A stretch of DNA of 64,000 nucleotides from contig CAVQRT010000003.1 in the NCBI GenBank assembly GCA_963715195.1, forward strand, positions 64,001-128,000, read 5' to 3'. How positions within the stretch are numbered: the stretch's first letter is position 1; each line of letters starts with the position of its first letter. The position numbers and the translations under genes are program-made. Positions 28,867 to 38,850 of this stretch are shown here, in pieces. Below the pieces are notes generated by a model, which worked only from the letters and a program-made list of their open reading frames with translations, was not told the origin of the DNA and made no database searches. This stretch comes from Thermodesulfovibrionales bacterium. Lineage in GTDB: Bacteria > Nitrospirota > Thermodesulfovibrionia > Thermodesulfovibrionales > SM23-35.

Positions 28867-29868
28867 TTACTGTATCCCCTTTGCCATATCTTGCAGCTTT
28901 TTCAGTTTTGAGATTTCACCGACAGCTATCAAAGTATCTCCTGCATTTATTGCACTGCTAAAAGTAGGATTGAATTTCATATCGCCACCTGATTGTTGGA
29001 TGGCAACAATAATTACTCCAAAGTCTCTCCCAATACCACACTCAGATAGCGTAAGCCCAGCGAGTTTCGAACTTTCCACAACTGGTATTTCCGCAAGCTG
29101 GAGATCGATATTGCCACTCTTTGTTGCAAATTCCAGGAAATCGGCAACGGCAGGCTTTAAGACAGTATGCGCCATTTTGAGCCCTCCAATATGATATGGC
29201 GATACAACTCTGTCAGCCCCGGCTCTGAGCAACTTTTTCTCTGATCCTTCTTCTCCAGCACGTGCAACTATGAACAAATTAGGGTTTAAACCCCTCGCAC
29301 TTAAGACGACAAAAAGGTTTTCTGCATCAGAGGGAAGCACAGAGATCAAACACTTTGCTTTCCCTATTCCAACCGTCTTCAATGTCTCATCTCTTGTAGC
29401 ATCTCCATGAATAAGTAATATATCCTCTTTTTCGACTGAGGGTCCCGTTTCCTTCTCGATAACGATAAATCTTTTTCCCTCGTTAAGGAGCTCTTTTGCT
29501 ATTATCTTTCCCATTCTGCCAAATCCACAGATGATATAGTGATCTTCAAATTTTTCTAATCTCTTTTCCAACCTTTTCCTCCAGAATATTCTGTGTAATT
29601 CACCTTCTACGATAAACTGTGCTCCTATTCCTAAAGAATAGAATACAGTTCCAACACCACTTATGACAAGAATGATCGTAAATACCTTTCCAGCAACTGA
29701 TAAGTCATGAATCTCCTTAAACCCAACGGTTGTGAGAGTAATCATCGTCATGTAAAGTGAATCTAGGAGGCTCCAACCTTCTATGCTCATATACCCAAAA
29801 GTTCCAAAAGATATGATGAGGCAAAGCAGCATACCCGAAAGAATGAGCCGCTTTTTAAGCTCTTTCAC
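28867..29868 (-). CDS. MthK/TrkA-type potassium channel (2TM plus RCK_N and RCK_C)
   Basis: TLTTVGF filter, ICGFGRMG, GDAT, AGADRVVSPY, C-terminal TrkA_C domain. Confidence 0.92.
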   Translation of the reverse strand: MKELKKRLILSGMLLCLIISFGTFGYMSIEGWSLLDSLYMTMITLTTVGFKEIHDLSVAGKVFTIILVISGVGTVFYSLGIGAQFIVEGELHRIFWRKRLEKRLEKFEDHYIICGFGRMGKIIAKELLNEGKRFIVIEKETGPSVEKEDILLIHGDATRDETLKTVGIGKAKCLISVLPSDAENLFVVLSARGLNPNLFIVARAGEEGSEKKLLRAGADRVVSPYHIGGLKMAHTVLKPAVADFLEFATKSGNIDLQLAEIPVVESSKLAGLTLSECGIGRDFGVIIVAIQQSGGDMKFNPTFSSAINAGDTLIAVGEISKLKKLQDMAKGIQ

Positions 29869-30129
29869 TAATTATTGTTCCTCATATTCTTGATGAGCGA
29901 TTATTCTCAACATTATAGATACAATCATCTGAAAATTATACAGAATATTTATGTTAAAACTGTCTCTTTTTCCAGAAGCAGTATGTGTAGGAATGAAGCG
30001 TCAAGAAAACAACAATGTTACGCATAGCTGAACTACCAAAGTCATTATCCATTGAAATGGATACAAGCTTTGTCATTTCTTTCTATCGTGATGCTGGTAT
30101 GCTCTTCGTCCAGCACACGAAGAAATCAT

Positions 30130-30537
30130 TTACAGCATTGCTATTCTTTTGTCTTTGTAAGGCTGGGGCCAGTGGTATGTATCGATAAGCCAGGAGAGGT
30201 GCTCTATCAGCCGAGGCTGGTTCATCATGTTCAGCTCCTCATCGAAGATGATCCCGATAAGATAGAGGTCTGAAAATTTCCTCTGCCAGTCGACATTGCC
30301 TGCTGCAGAATCCTGCCGCATCTTTCCTTTTCTATCAACAAATGAAATGCTTATCATGACCCGCTTTCCTTTTCCGATCGGTTTCGATGAATAAATTCCC
30401 AGCCCGGAAAGGGAAATATTGGCAATGGTCGTCTTAAAAGTCATCTCCTCCTTCTGTGATGAAACATCAGCTACGCCGAAAAACTGATAGCGGTTCCAGT
30501 TGCGGGTATCGTGAGGAGCTGTCTTCTTTTTCTTCAT
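30130..30537 (-). CDS. PilZ-domain protein
   Basis: RNWNR and NISLSG motifs. Confidence 0.78.
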   Translation of the reverse strand: MKKKKTAPHDTRNWNRYQFFGVADVSSQKEEMTFKTTIANISLSGLGIYSSKPIGKGKRVMISISFVDRKGKMRQDSAAGNVDWQRKFSDLYLIGIIFDEELNMMNQPRLIEHLSWLIDTYHWPQPYKDKRIAML

Positions 30538-30564
30538 AATCCCTCCTGAGATAGTATGTCCGAA

Positions 30565-31446
30565 TTATAGCAGACCTGCACGCTCCATGATAACCGGCAC
30601 CTTATCCTCCATGCCGATCGCCATGATATGGACTCCGTCACAGATAGAACCAGCCTTCAATTGCTTGATATGACGAGCCGCGATATCCATCCCCGCTTCA
30701 AGTGCTTTTTCCTTTCCCGCTGCCTTCAGCTCATCGATCAATTCCTGCGGCACTCTTATTCCCGGGACATTTTTATTCATAAAATTGGCCATGCCGGCAG
30801 ATTTCAATACGACAATACCTGCGAGTATTTTTACCGGAAATTTCCGGGCATATTCCATAAATTTCCGAAAGGCCTCTATATCATATATCGCCTGTGTTTG
30901 AAAAAATTGAGCACCGGCATTCACTTTCTTTTCAAATTTCATGAGCTGTGGCTCAATGAAATCCGTCTCAGGCGTTACAACGGCACCCTGGAAAAATTCT
31001 GTCGGCCCTTTCAGTTCGTTTCCTGACATGTCTTTACCCTTATTCAGGCCGTCAAGAATCCTGAGCAACTGAACCGATTCGACATCATAGACCGGCTTTG
31101 CGTTTTTATGATCTCCGGCAGAGACATAATCTCCTGTCATGCAGAGAACATTTCGTATCCCAAGAATATGCGCTCCGAGCAAATCTGACTGCAGGCCGAT
31201 CCTGTTTCTGTCCCGGCATGTCATCTGGAGGATTGGTTCAAGCCCGTTTTCAAGGGCTATTTTGCATACTGCAAGCGAGCAAACCCTCATGACCGCAGAC
31301 TGATTATCGGTAACATTGGCTGCATCAATCTTTCCTTTTAGCAGTTCGATATGATGAAGCATGCCGCTAATATCAGTTCCCTTTGGAGGTCCTATCTCGG
31401 CTGTTACGACGAATTTTCCAGCATTTATGCTTTCTCGAAATGTCAT
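30565..31446 (-). CDS. metF: Methylenetetrahydrofolate reductase MetF
   Basis: TAEIGPPKG, NVTDNQ, TCRDRNR, TGD, FFQTQ, GVHIM. Confidence 0.93.
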   Translation of the reverse strand: MTFRESINAGKFVVTAEIGPPKGTDISGMLHHIELLKGKIDAANVTDNQSAVMRVCSLAVCKIALENGLEPILQMTCRDRNRIGLQSDLLGAHILGIRNVLCMTGDYVSAGDHKNAKPVYDVESVQLLRILDGLNKGKDMSGNELKGPTEFFQGAVVTPETDFIEPQLMKFEKKVNAGAQFFQTQAIYDIEAFRKFMEYARKFPVKILAGIVVLKSAGMANFMNKNVPGIRVPQELIDELKAAGKEKALEAGMDIAARHIKQLKAGSICDGVHIMAIGMEDKVPVIMERAGLL

Positions 31447-31459
31447 GGTATGCTCCTTG

Positions 31460-32761
31460 TCATTCCTTACCGATATCCATCCGGTAACGGATCCCTTCAA
31501 AGTGGATTTTTTCAATATTTCTGTAAGCAACAGACCTTGCATCCTTCAATGTCTTTCCCCTGCCAACCACATGGAGAACCCGGCCGCCGTCGGTAACCAT
31601 CCCTTTCACTTCGGAATTGCTCACACCAGCAAAGAAAATTTTACAATCCGGGTCATGGATATCATTAATTCCAGATATGGGGTATCCTTTTCCGTAGCGG
31701 GCCGGATAACCGGGATACCATCCCTTGTTTTTTCCATGTTTCAACTGTCTGGTTCTCCCTGCTGCCGCTACGACATCGCAGAAGTAATCTTTGCTCCATT
31801 CGACTTTCTTGTCACTGAGGACACCATTGGTAATCTGAAAACTGATATCACTCAGCGGAGTCTTCAGTCGCGGCAGAATTACTTCTGCCTCCGGATCTCC
31901 GAGACGCACATTGACCTCCAGGAGATGGGGAGTTTCATCAACCAGCATGAGTCCACAGTACAGAATCCCTTTATACGGTATACCTTCCTTTTCCCTGAAA
32001 CCGTGCACTATTGGTATTGCAACTTTGTCACAGACAAGTCTGTCGAGTTTTTCATCTTCAAGCCGGTGAGGGGAATATGCGCCCATCCCGCCGGTATTCA
32101 AACCCTCATCATTGTCATACGCCCTTTTATAATCCTGCGCTACAGGCATCGGGACAAGAGCGTCACCGTCAGTAAATGCAAAAAATGATATTTCTGTCCC
32201 GAAGAGTCTCTTTTCTATGACAACTTTTTGTCCTGCTTCGCCAAAGACTTTTTGGACCATGAGCTGATCAACGGCCAGGCACGCCTCCTTCGCATCTGAA
32301 CAGACGATAGAGCCTTTTCCCTGGGCTAATCCGTCGGCCTTCACAACGACAGGATATTTCACACACTCTATATAATCCTTCGCTTTCCGGTAATCAACAA
32401 AAACTTCGAATTCCGGCACCGGGACACCGATTTCACGGCATAACAGTTTTGTGTATGCCTTGCTCCCTTCAAGGACACTTGCCCGCTTATACGGACCAAC
32501 AATCGGAATTTTCTCGGATGAGATCAGATCAACGATCCCGTTCGTTAAAGGACTTTCAGGACCAATGAAAACAAGATCGACCTGCTCTCTCCTGGCAAGC
32601 TCCAGAATCTCCTCATTCGTCCGTGCATTTTCACACCTGATTTCACGGGCTATTCCGGCATTCCCGGGTGTACAGATAACTTCCTGAACATGGGGATCAT
32701 TCCTGAATTGCCATGCTATGGCATGGCCGCGGCCTCCGCTGTCAACAACCAGAACTTTCAT
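31460..32761 (-). CDS. purD: Phosphoribosylamine-glycine ligase (PurD)-family protein, divergent N-terminus
   Basis: PGNAG, GPESPL, LEGSK, KADGLAQGKG, QDYKR, GLNTGGMGAYSP, VRLGDPE, GGRVL. The N-terminus reads DSGGRGHA rather than GSGGREHA. Confidence 0.85.
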   Translation of the reverse strand: MKVLVVDSGGRGHAIAWQFRNDPHVQEVICTPGNAGIAREIRCENARTNEEILELARREQVDLVFIGPESPLTNGIVDLISSEKIPIVGPYKRASVLEGSKAYTKLLCREIGVPVPEFEVFVDYRKAKDYIECVKYPVVVKADGLAQGKGSIVCSDAKEACLAVDQLMVQKVFGEAGQKVVIEKRLFGTEISFFAFTDGDALVPMPVAQDYKRAYDNDEGLNTGGMGAYSPHRLEDEKLDRLVCDKVAIPIVHGFREKEGIPYKGILYCGLMLVDETPHLLEVNVRLGDPEAEVILPRLKTPLSDISFQITNGVLSDKKVEWSKDYFCDVVAAAGRTRQLKHGKNKGWYPGYPARYGKGYPISGINDIHDPDCKIFFAGVSNSEVKGMVTDGGRVLHVVGRGKTLKDARSVAYRNIEKIHFEGIRYRMDIGKE

Positions 32762-33661
32762 TTATATATTCAATCCTTTCTGAGCATTATCGAATAGGGA
32801 AATTATCACATGAGCATCACGCTTCCCTAATGTACCCTTTTCTTGAGCTATTGCAACGGTATATCTTCCCAATTCCGAGTAGAGGCGGATCATCTCCTTC
32901 TGTCTTTTTGCAATGGCCTTTAAATGACCTTCCACAATGCCGGCATCACCCCTTGAAATAGGTCCTGTAAGTGCTGCAGGAATACCCAGTAATTCGACAT
33001 TCCTTACGGTACCTTTTATTAACGGCATAAGCGCCTTGAGAGAATCTTCCTTTCTAATGCCAGCAGCATGAAAAAGAGCGAGTCCAAAACCGATGGTCGC
33101 CACGAGAAAATTCGATGCTACCGATGCACCTGCGTGGTAAAGTGATTTTTTCTTCGGCTGAAGTGTAATTTTTTTTCCTTTCAGATCGGAAATAATATGT
33201 TGTGCAACTGAAAGTGCATTTTCATTTCCTTCAATAGAAAAATACGAACCCTGCAGGTTCTTGACCGCTTCTTTTACGTTAGCAAAGCTCTGAAGCGGGT
33301 GAAGGGAAGCTGTGTATGCGCCTTTCCTTTTTGCTGATTTGAGTATATCCGATGACAATGCACCGCACGTATGGAAGATAATAGTACCCGGTTTAAATCC
33401 TCCTCCATCTGCAATCTTTTCGCAGGTTCCTTTGATGGCGTCATCAGAAGTCGTAATAAAAACGATATCCGCTTCACGGGCGGTTTTGATAAGATCTGCC
33501 GAGGCAGTGCCTTCCCCGATAATCTTTTTGGCCTTTTGAGCTGATTGCAATGTCCTGCTCGCTATCCCTGCAATCCGCCAGCCGGTCTTCCTGAGAAGAT
33601 ACCCGAAAGAAGTCCCGACAACCCCTGCTCCTATGATTGCAATCCTGCGGTTCCTCTCCAT
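32762..33661 (-). CDS. Rossmann-like plus DUF2520 oxidoreductase (PanG-like)
   Basis: GAGVVG, HTCGA, SLHPLQSF, YHAGASVASNF, ALTGPISRGD. Confidence 0.88.
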   Translation of the reverse strand: MERNRRIAIIGAGVVGTSFGYLLRKTGWRIAGIASRTLQSAQKAKKIIGEGTASADLIKTAREADIVFITTSDDAIKGTCEKIADGGGFKPGTIIFHTCGALSSDILKSAKRKGAYTASLHPLQSFANVKEAVKNLQGSYFSIEGNENALSVAQHIISDLKGKKITLQPKKKSLYHAGASVASNFLVATIGFGLALFHAAGIRKEDSLKALMPLIKGTVRNVELLGIPAALTGPISRGDAGIVEGHLKAIAKRQKEMIRLYSELGRYTVAIAQEKGTLGKRDAHVIISLFDNAQKGLNI

Positions 33662-33738
33662 GTAAAAACTCCCCCTGACATGCAGACTGTAAGACACTTT
33701 GCGGTGTGGTTGTTCTGTAAGCTAATAATGAAAGAGTT

Positions 33739-34413
33739 TCAGGAAACCTTTTCGCTTTCTTCTTCTTTTATCGCATATCTGCCTGGTCTCTGCTTTTTAG
33801 ACCAGTCCTTTGCACCGATTTCCTTTTTCAGTTCATTCAGCTTCCCCAGCTCTTTCATCCGTTCATAAATCCTGACCCATGCGCAGGGGACATCAGGACT
33901 TACTTCACACTTTCCCTTCTTGTTGCCGCCGCAGGGACCATTCAGAATGCCCTTTGGACATGATGTCACAGGGCATATTCCTCCGGTCATCCCGAGAACA
34001 CAATCTCCACAGGCAGCACAAATCTCAACCCATTTCCCCTGACCATCAGAGAGTCCGATGAACCGTGTATTCATTGCCGGTAAGACTACAACCTTCTTCA
34101 TCCACTCTGAAATACCCTGGACTCCCGCTCCACATGCCATCGAAAGCACGGCATCATACTGAGCAAATTCATCCTGTATCTGATGAATGAATTCCGGATC
34201 GCATTGACGGAGTATCGTCTTTTCACCGACGGTAATGTCACTTCCCTCTACGTTCCTTGCCATCCTGAGCGCAGAAGCCAACAGTTCCACTTGTCTTTCA
34301 CCCCCGCTCATGCAAACTGTTACGCAACTACCGCATCCCAGGACCAGTACCTTTTTATAGTCGATAACCATATCTCTGATCTCTTCAAATGGCTTGAGCT
34401 CTGCGACAATCAT
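33739..34413 (-). CDS. metV: MTHFR Fe-S small subunit MetV
   Basis: GCGSCVTVC, RQC, ACGAGVQ, CAACGDC, CPVTSCPKGILNGPCGG, CAW. Confidence 0.9.
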   Translation of the reverse strand: MIVAELKPFEEIRDMVIDYKKVLVLGCGSCVTVCMSGGERQVELLASALRMARNVEGSDITVGEKTILRQCDPEFIHQIQDEFAQYDAVLSMACGAGVQGISEWMKKVVVLPAMNTRFIGLSDGQGKWVEICAACGDCVLGMTGGICPVTSCPKGILNGPCGGNKKGKCEVSPDVPCAWVRIYERMKELGKLNELKKEIGAKDWSKKQRPGRYAIKEEESEKVS

Positions 34414-36431
34414 TCATCCACCTTCTTTCCTTTCCGCAATGGATTTATTCCCATGGTTTCAAGTCTCTCCCTGAAACCTGCAAAATCTTCTTCATGAGAA
34501 ATAACAGAGAGCCGGTCTTCACCCATCCCCGTTTCCTTCAGTATCCTTCTCGCTCTCTTCACATGCTCAGTCACCCAGTAGCTGCCTTTCCTGAAACGGC
34601 AGGCATCATCCGGGCACAGAGAGACGATCACACCGTCAGCACCAACCTCAAAAGGATAGATAATCTCTGACTCTTTCATCCGTCCCGTGCAGCCCCGCGC
34701 TATCCAGTATATCGCATCATCGTCAACAGGCGGGCCAAGGGGATCGTGATATCTGCAGTAATATCCGATAACCGCTATTTCAGGAATCTCCTCCCGCGCT
34801 CTATTCACAACACGCTCCACTTCCTGTCGAAAGTCATCGCGTCCGTCGTCTTTCAAATGGATCGCCGATGCGGGGCACTCTGCTGCACAGATACCGCATG
34901 CCTGACACTGGCTGATATCGATTTCTGCAATCTCCTTACCCGGCACGGGTATCTCGAATGGACAGATTCTCAGACAGTTAAGACAGGCTGCACAATTCGA
35001 ATCGACCGATGCCCCAGCCCCGCAATTCAGACATCTGAGAGCTTCTCTGCAAGCCTGATCACGATTATATCCAATATCCACCTCATCGAAGGTGCTTTTT
35101 CTTTGTTCAACAGGTAAAGCAGGCGCCTTTTGTCGCTCTGTTTTATGAATCATCTGAACAATCTGGTCATCCAATGATCGAAGCGAAACACGGTTATCAA
35201 CCAATTTGTCTTCGATACCGCGAAGGTAGAGATGCATTGCCCCTGATACTCTCCTTCCCGAGGCCATGGCCTCGATGACGCTCATCGGACCGGTTACAAC
35301 ATCGCCCGCAGCAAAAACGCCTTTCCTATCAGTAACGCCGGTATCATCGTTAACAATGATAGTTCCTTTCCTGTTCACCTTCAGCCCATCTTGTTTGAGA
35401 TGCTCGACATCAGGAATATATCCGATGGCCAGGATTACCGCGTCGGTCTCCAAATCAAATTCGGAATCTTTGATCGGGACAGGACGTCTTCTTCCAGATG
35501 AGTCCTGATCGCCAAGATCCATCTTGATAAACCTGCCACGCTGAACTGTACTTTGACCGGCAAACTCAAGCGGGGCAGCACGGTAAATAAATTTTATTCC
35601 TTCCATCTCAGCCTGCTCCACCTCTTCCCGTCCGGCCGGCATTTCTTCGATGGTACGCCGATAGACCACCGTAACATCAGGACACCCGAGACGGATACAG
35701 GTCCGTGCAGCGTCGAGCGCGGTATGCCCTCCTCCAATGACCAGGACTTTCTGACCCGGAGATGATGAATAACCTCTATCGATGAGCTTGAGAAATTCAA
35801 CACCTGACCAAATCCCGGGCAGGTCATCCCCCTTACATTTTGGATACAGACTTTTCTGGCTTCCAACCGCGATAAAGACAGCCTGATAATCCTTCAAGAG
35901 CCCTTCGATGGTAAAGTCTTTGCCCAGGGAAACGCCCGTCCTGACTTCTATCCCCAGAGAAAGAATACCGTCAATATCCTTTTGAACCGCCTCCTTGGGA
36001 AGCCTGTACTTCGGTATTCCCTCACTCAGCAGTCCGCCCAGGACTGGCTGAGCCTCGAAGATTGTTACCGCATAGCCGAGCAGCGCAAGATCGTGGGCTG
36101 CCACAAGACCGGTTGGCCCGCTTCCGATTATCGCAATCTTTTCATTGTATGAATTCAGTGGTTTTCCGGCGGAAATAAGATGATTCGCGTGATCCGACGC
36201 ATAGCGCTTCAAGGCCCTGATTGCAACAGGTGCATCCACCTGTGCCCTTCTGCATGCCGTCTCACAGAGCCTCGTACATATTCTCCCGCAGACTGACGGA
36301 AGCGGATTTACCCGTCGTATAATCCGGATCGCCTCATCCGCATCGCCCCGGGCAAGTGCAGATACATAGCCCCGCACATCGGTATTGATCGGGCACGCGG
36401 CCTGGCAGGGAGGGACGATGACCGTAGTCAT
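34410..36431 (-). CDS. GltD/NfnL-like FAD/NAD(P)H oxidoreductase with 2x[4Fe-4S] and C-terminal MvhD/FlpD domain
   Basis: PPCQAACP...CGRICTRLCETACRR, GSGPTG, GGGHTALD, VYRR, EALRCLNC, CAACLNCLRICP, CQACGICAAECP, then the MvhD pattern YYC...CTGR...GADGV..LC....C. Confidence 0.88.
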   Translation of the reverse strand: MTTVIVPPCQAACPINTDVRGYVSALARGDADEAIRIIRRVNPLPSVCGRICTRLCETACRRAQVDAPVAIRALKRYASDHANHLISAGKPLNSYNEKIAIIGSGPTGLVAAHDLALLGYAVTIFEAQPVLGGLLSEGIPKYRLPKEAVQKDIDGILSLGIEVRTGVSLGKDFTIEGLLKDYQAVFIAVGSQKSLYPKCKGDDLPGIWSGVEFLKLIDRGYSSSPGQKVLVIGGGHTALDAARTCIRLGCPDVTVVYRRTIEEMPAGREEVEQAEMEGIKFIYRAAPLEFAGQSTVQRGRFIKMDLGDQDSSGRRRPVPIKDSEFDLETDAVILAIGYIPDVEHLKQDGLKVNRKGTIIVNDDTGVTDRKGVFAAGDVVTGPMSVIEAMASGRRVSGAMHLYLRGIEDKLVDNRVSLRSLDDQIVQMIHKTERQKAPALPVEQRKSTFDEVDIGYNRDQACREALRCLNCGAGASVDSNCAACLNCLRICPFEIPVPGKEIAEIDISQCQACGICAAECPASAIHLKDDGRDDFRQEVERVVNRAREEIPEIAVIGYYCRYHDPLGPPVDDDAIYWIARGCTGRMKESEIIYPFEVGADGVIVSLCPDDACRFRKGSYWVTEHVKRARRILKETGMGEDRLSVISHEEDFAGFRERLETMGINPLRKGKKVDE

Positions 36432-36432
36432 G

Positions 36433-37305
36433 TCACCCGGTTAAGCCTGCATGCATCTTGGCAGATCTGACGGTATTTTTCATCAGCATAACGATCGTCA
36501 TCGGACCGACGCCCCCCGGTACAGGAGTGATTGCCTTCGCCTTTTCCTTCACCCCGTCGAAGTCAACATCACCGACTAATCCCGTCTCAAGGCGGTTAAC
36601 CCCGACATCGATAACGACAACACCTTCCTTCACCATATCGGCGGTTATTGTCTTTGGCCTGCCTGCTGCCACAATGAGGATATCCGCCCTTTTGGTGTGG
36701 AACAGTAAATCCCTCGTACCGGTGTGGCATATTGTAACAGTAGCGTTTGCACCTTTCCTGTTCTTCTGAATCAGCATGTTCGCAATCGGCTTGCCGACAA
36801 TATTGCTCCTGCCGACAACAACGACTTCTGCCCCGTCCGTCTCGATGCCGGTCCTGAGGAGCAATTCCTGTATGCCGTGTGGAGTGCATGGAAGAAAATC
36901 CGGTACGCCGAGCATAAGCTTTCCAACATTCACCGGATGAAATGCATCAACATCTTTTTGGGGGTCGATAGCATAAAGAACCTTTGTCTCATTGATATGT
37001 CTCGGAAGAGGAAGTTGCACCAGGATACCGTGGATTTTTTCATTCTTGTTTAACTTATCTATCAGGACCAGCAAATCGTTTTCGGTTGTATCTGGAGACA
37101 GGTCAATTCGTTCGGAATAAATCCCGAGCTCCTTGCAGGCCTTTTCCTTGGCCCCGACGTACACTTTTGATGCTTCATCTTCGCCAACGAGAACCGTAGC
37201 AAGTCCAGGAACTAATTTATTATTTATCAGTAAGTTATTTATCTCTTCTTTAAGTTCCTGTTTAATTTGTTTTGCAATTTCAGAACCTTTGATCAAAATA
37301 GCCAT
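36433..37305 (-). CDS. folD: Methylene-THF dehydrogenase/cyclohydrolase FolD
   Basis: GILVQLPLP, KDVDAFHP, PCTPHG, GRSNIVGKP, TPVPGGVGPMT. Confidence 0.97.
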   Translation of the reverse strand: MAILIKGSEIAKQIKQELKEEINNLLINNKLVPGLATVLVGEDEASKVYVGAKEKACKELGIYSERIDLSPDTTENDLLVLIDKLNKNEKIHGILVQLPLPRHINETKVLYAIDPQKDVDAFHPVNVGKLMLGVPDFLPCTPHGIQELLLRTGIETDGAEVVVVGRSNIVGKPIANMLIQKNRKGANATVTICHTGTRDLLFHTKRADILIVAAGRPKTITADMVKEGVVVIDVGVNRLETGLVGDVDFDGVKEKAKAITPVPGGVGPMTIVMLMKNTVRSAKMHAGLTG

Positions 37306-37363
37306 ATCTGCTCCTTTCGGAATGGACTGCCATTAATAAATAGCGTAAAACAGAGCTCACGTC

Positions 37364-37387
37364 TGTCATTCTGGCTTGTCCAGAATC
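37364..37387. repeat. REP-like palindrome (TGTCATT-headed)
   Basis: TGTCATTCTGGCTTGTCCAGAATC, same architecture as 46817-46847. Confidence 0.7.
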
Positions 37388-37535
37388 GCTCTTTATTTTT
37401 TAAAAAAAGTCCTGAAAGACAAGATCAAAAACTGCTCAAGAAACCTATAAAATACAATACTCTCTCAAATAAAGATCGTGCAATTTAATAGTAAGTAATA
37501 CTTTAATATTTTATATATAACTTATTATTAAAAAA

Positions 37536-38093
37536 CTATTTTTTTATAAGATCGAGCAACTCGTCTCGCGTTGACTGTTTCGTTCTGAATATTCCGCGGA
37601 CAGCCGAAGTAACCGTTCGTGTGCCCGGTTTTTTCATACCCCTCATGCTGATGCAAAGGTGTTCCGCGTCAATAATGACCATAGCTCCTTTCGGTTTGAG
37701 TCTGACCATGATCATATCAGCAAGCTGAGTTGTCAGCCGTTCCTGAACCTGCAGTCTTTTCGCAAGAACGTCAACCGCTTTTACTAACTCGCTGAGGCCG
37801 ACAATCTTGCCGGCTGACGGGATGTAGGCAACATGGGCTTTTCCTATGAAAGGGATCAGATGATGTTCACAGACGGAATAGAAAGGGATATCCTTGAGCA
37901 AGACCATTTCATCGTGGCTTTCTCCTTCGATTGATTTCAGCAGCTCCTCGGTGGGCGTCTCAATCCCTGAAAATATCTCCTGGTACATGCGGGCAACCCT
38001 CTCAGGGGTCTCCCTTATTCCCGGCCTTTCAGGATTTTCCCCAATCCCTTCGAGAATCAGCCGCACGCCTTTCTCGATTTTCTTCACATTCAT
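37536..38093 (-). CDS. folE: GTP cyclohydrolase I
   Basis: [37 protein letters not shown]. Confidence 0.96.
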   Translation of the reverse strand: MNVKKIEKGVRLILEGIGENPERPGIRETPERVARMYQEIFSGIETPTEELLKSIEGESHDEMVLLKDIPFYSVCEHHLIPFIGKAHVAYIPSAGKIVGLSELVKAVDVLAKRLQVQERLTTQLADMIMVRLKPKGAMVIIDAEHLCISMRGMKKPGTRTVTSAVRGIFRTKQSTRDELLDLIKK

Positions 38094-38105
38094 AGTCTTA
38101 AACGG

Positions 38106-38162
38106 ATTGTATCACGCGGTATTCTTGTCTGTCAAAAAAGACAGGGGATTTCGCCCTGGTCA
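38106..38162 (-). promoter_or_regulatory. ygfA terminator overlapping the folE promoter
   Basis: On the minus strand a CAGGG-loop-CCCTG hairpin with a T6 tail runs into TTGACA-18 bp-TACAAT (extended TG), 12 nt before the folE ATG. Confidence 0.65.
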
Positions 38163-38246
38163 CCTCAGCGCCCCGCCGAAGCAAGCGAATCCGCCCGGTG
38201 CGGAAAGGATTTGGGAATACATGGATTCAAGTGCTACAGATTCGCC

Positions 38247-38813
38247 TCACAAAATGCGTATCACTCTTTTATCCGTCACGATGATGGTAACCCTTATATC
38301 ATGCTCTTCTGAAGGAATTGCATCAACAAGCTGTTCTTCGTATGCGAATGCAACGACGGGCATCTTCTTTGCACTCGTTGACAGAAGAATATCATAATAG
38401 CCTGCACCGTATCCGAGGCGGTTGCCCATCAAGTCGAAGGCTGCACCGGGGACAACCGTGAGATCAGCCTCGTCAATGACTGAACGTCGCACATCCGGCA
38501 GGTGCGGTTCCGGAATGCCCTTGTAACCGGGAGACAGTTCTTTTACGCTTTTAATCTCATACAGGGCGAGAAGAGATTTTTTTGCATCCACTTTTGGAAG
38601 GAGGACCCTTTTCTCCATTGAGAGTGATTCCCGGATCAGACTCAATGTCTCGACTTCAGACCGGAACGATGCATAGAGAAGTACTGTTTTCGCTGAAAGA
38701 AATTCCGGGAGGGAAAACAGCCTCTCCCTGATATTCAGGTCTTTTTTTTCCCTTATATCTAAAGGTATCTTATCCCTGATTGCAAGGACTCTATTTCGAA
38801 TGTCTTTTTTCAC
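38247..38813 (-). CDS. ygfA: 5-formyltetrahydrofolate cyclo-ligase
   Basis: YASFRSEVET, GIPEP, VPGAAFD..GNRLGYGAGYYD, EEHDI. Confidence 0.94.
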   Translation of the reverse strand: MKKDIRNRVLAIRDKIPLDIREKKDLNIRERLFSLPEFLSAKTVLLYASFRSEVETLSLIRESLSMEKRVLLPKVDAKKSLLALYEIKSVKELSPGYKGIPEPHLPDVRRSVIDEADLTVVPGAAFDLMGNRLGYGAGYYDILLSTSAKKMPVVAFAYEEQLVDAIPSEEHDIRVTIIVTDKRVIRIL

Positions 38814-38847
38814 CTGACCCCTGGGCCCCTCGAATCCTCGGATCCTT
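38811..38847. repeat. Octamer-array element (half copy)
   Basis: CAC-CTGACCCC-TGGGCCCC-TCGAATCC-TCGGATCC; same family as 41516-41609. Confidence 0.7.
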
Positions 38848-38850
38848 CCC

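Noticed and set aside
37306..37535. ZTP or THF riboswitch upstream of folD
   Set aside because: No recognisable consensus. The only structure is a REP-like palindrome in AT-rich DNA; an Infernal scan would settle it.
38100..38245. 6S RNA, SRP RNA or tRNA-Sec next to ygfA
   Set aside because: It lies downstream of ygfA rather than upstream and lacks the SRP or tRNA motifs. It is explained by a terminator, a promoter and REP-like pieces.
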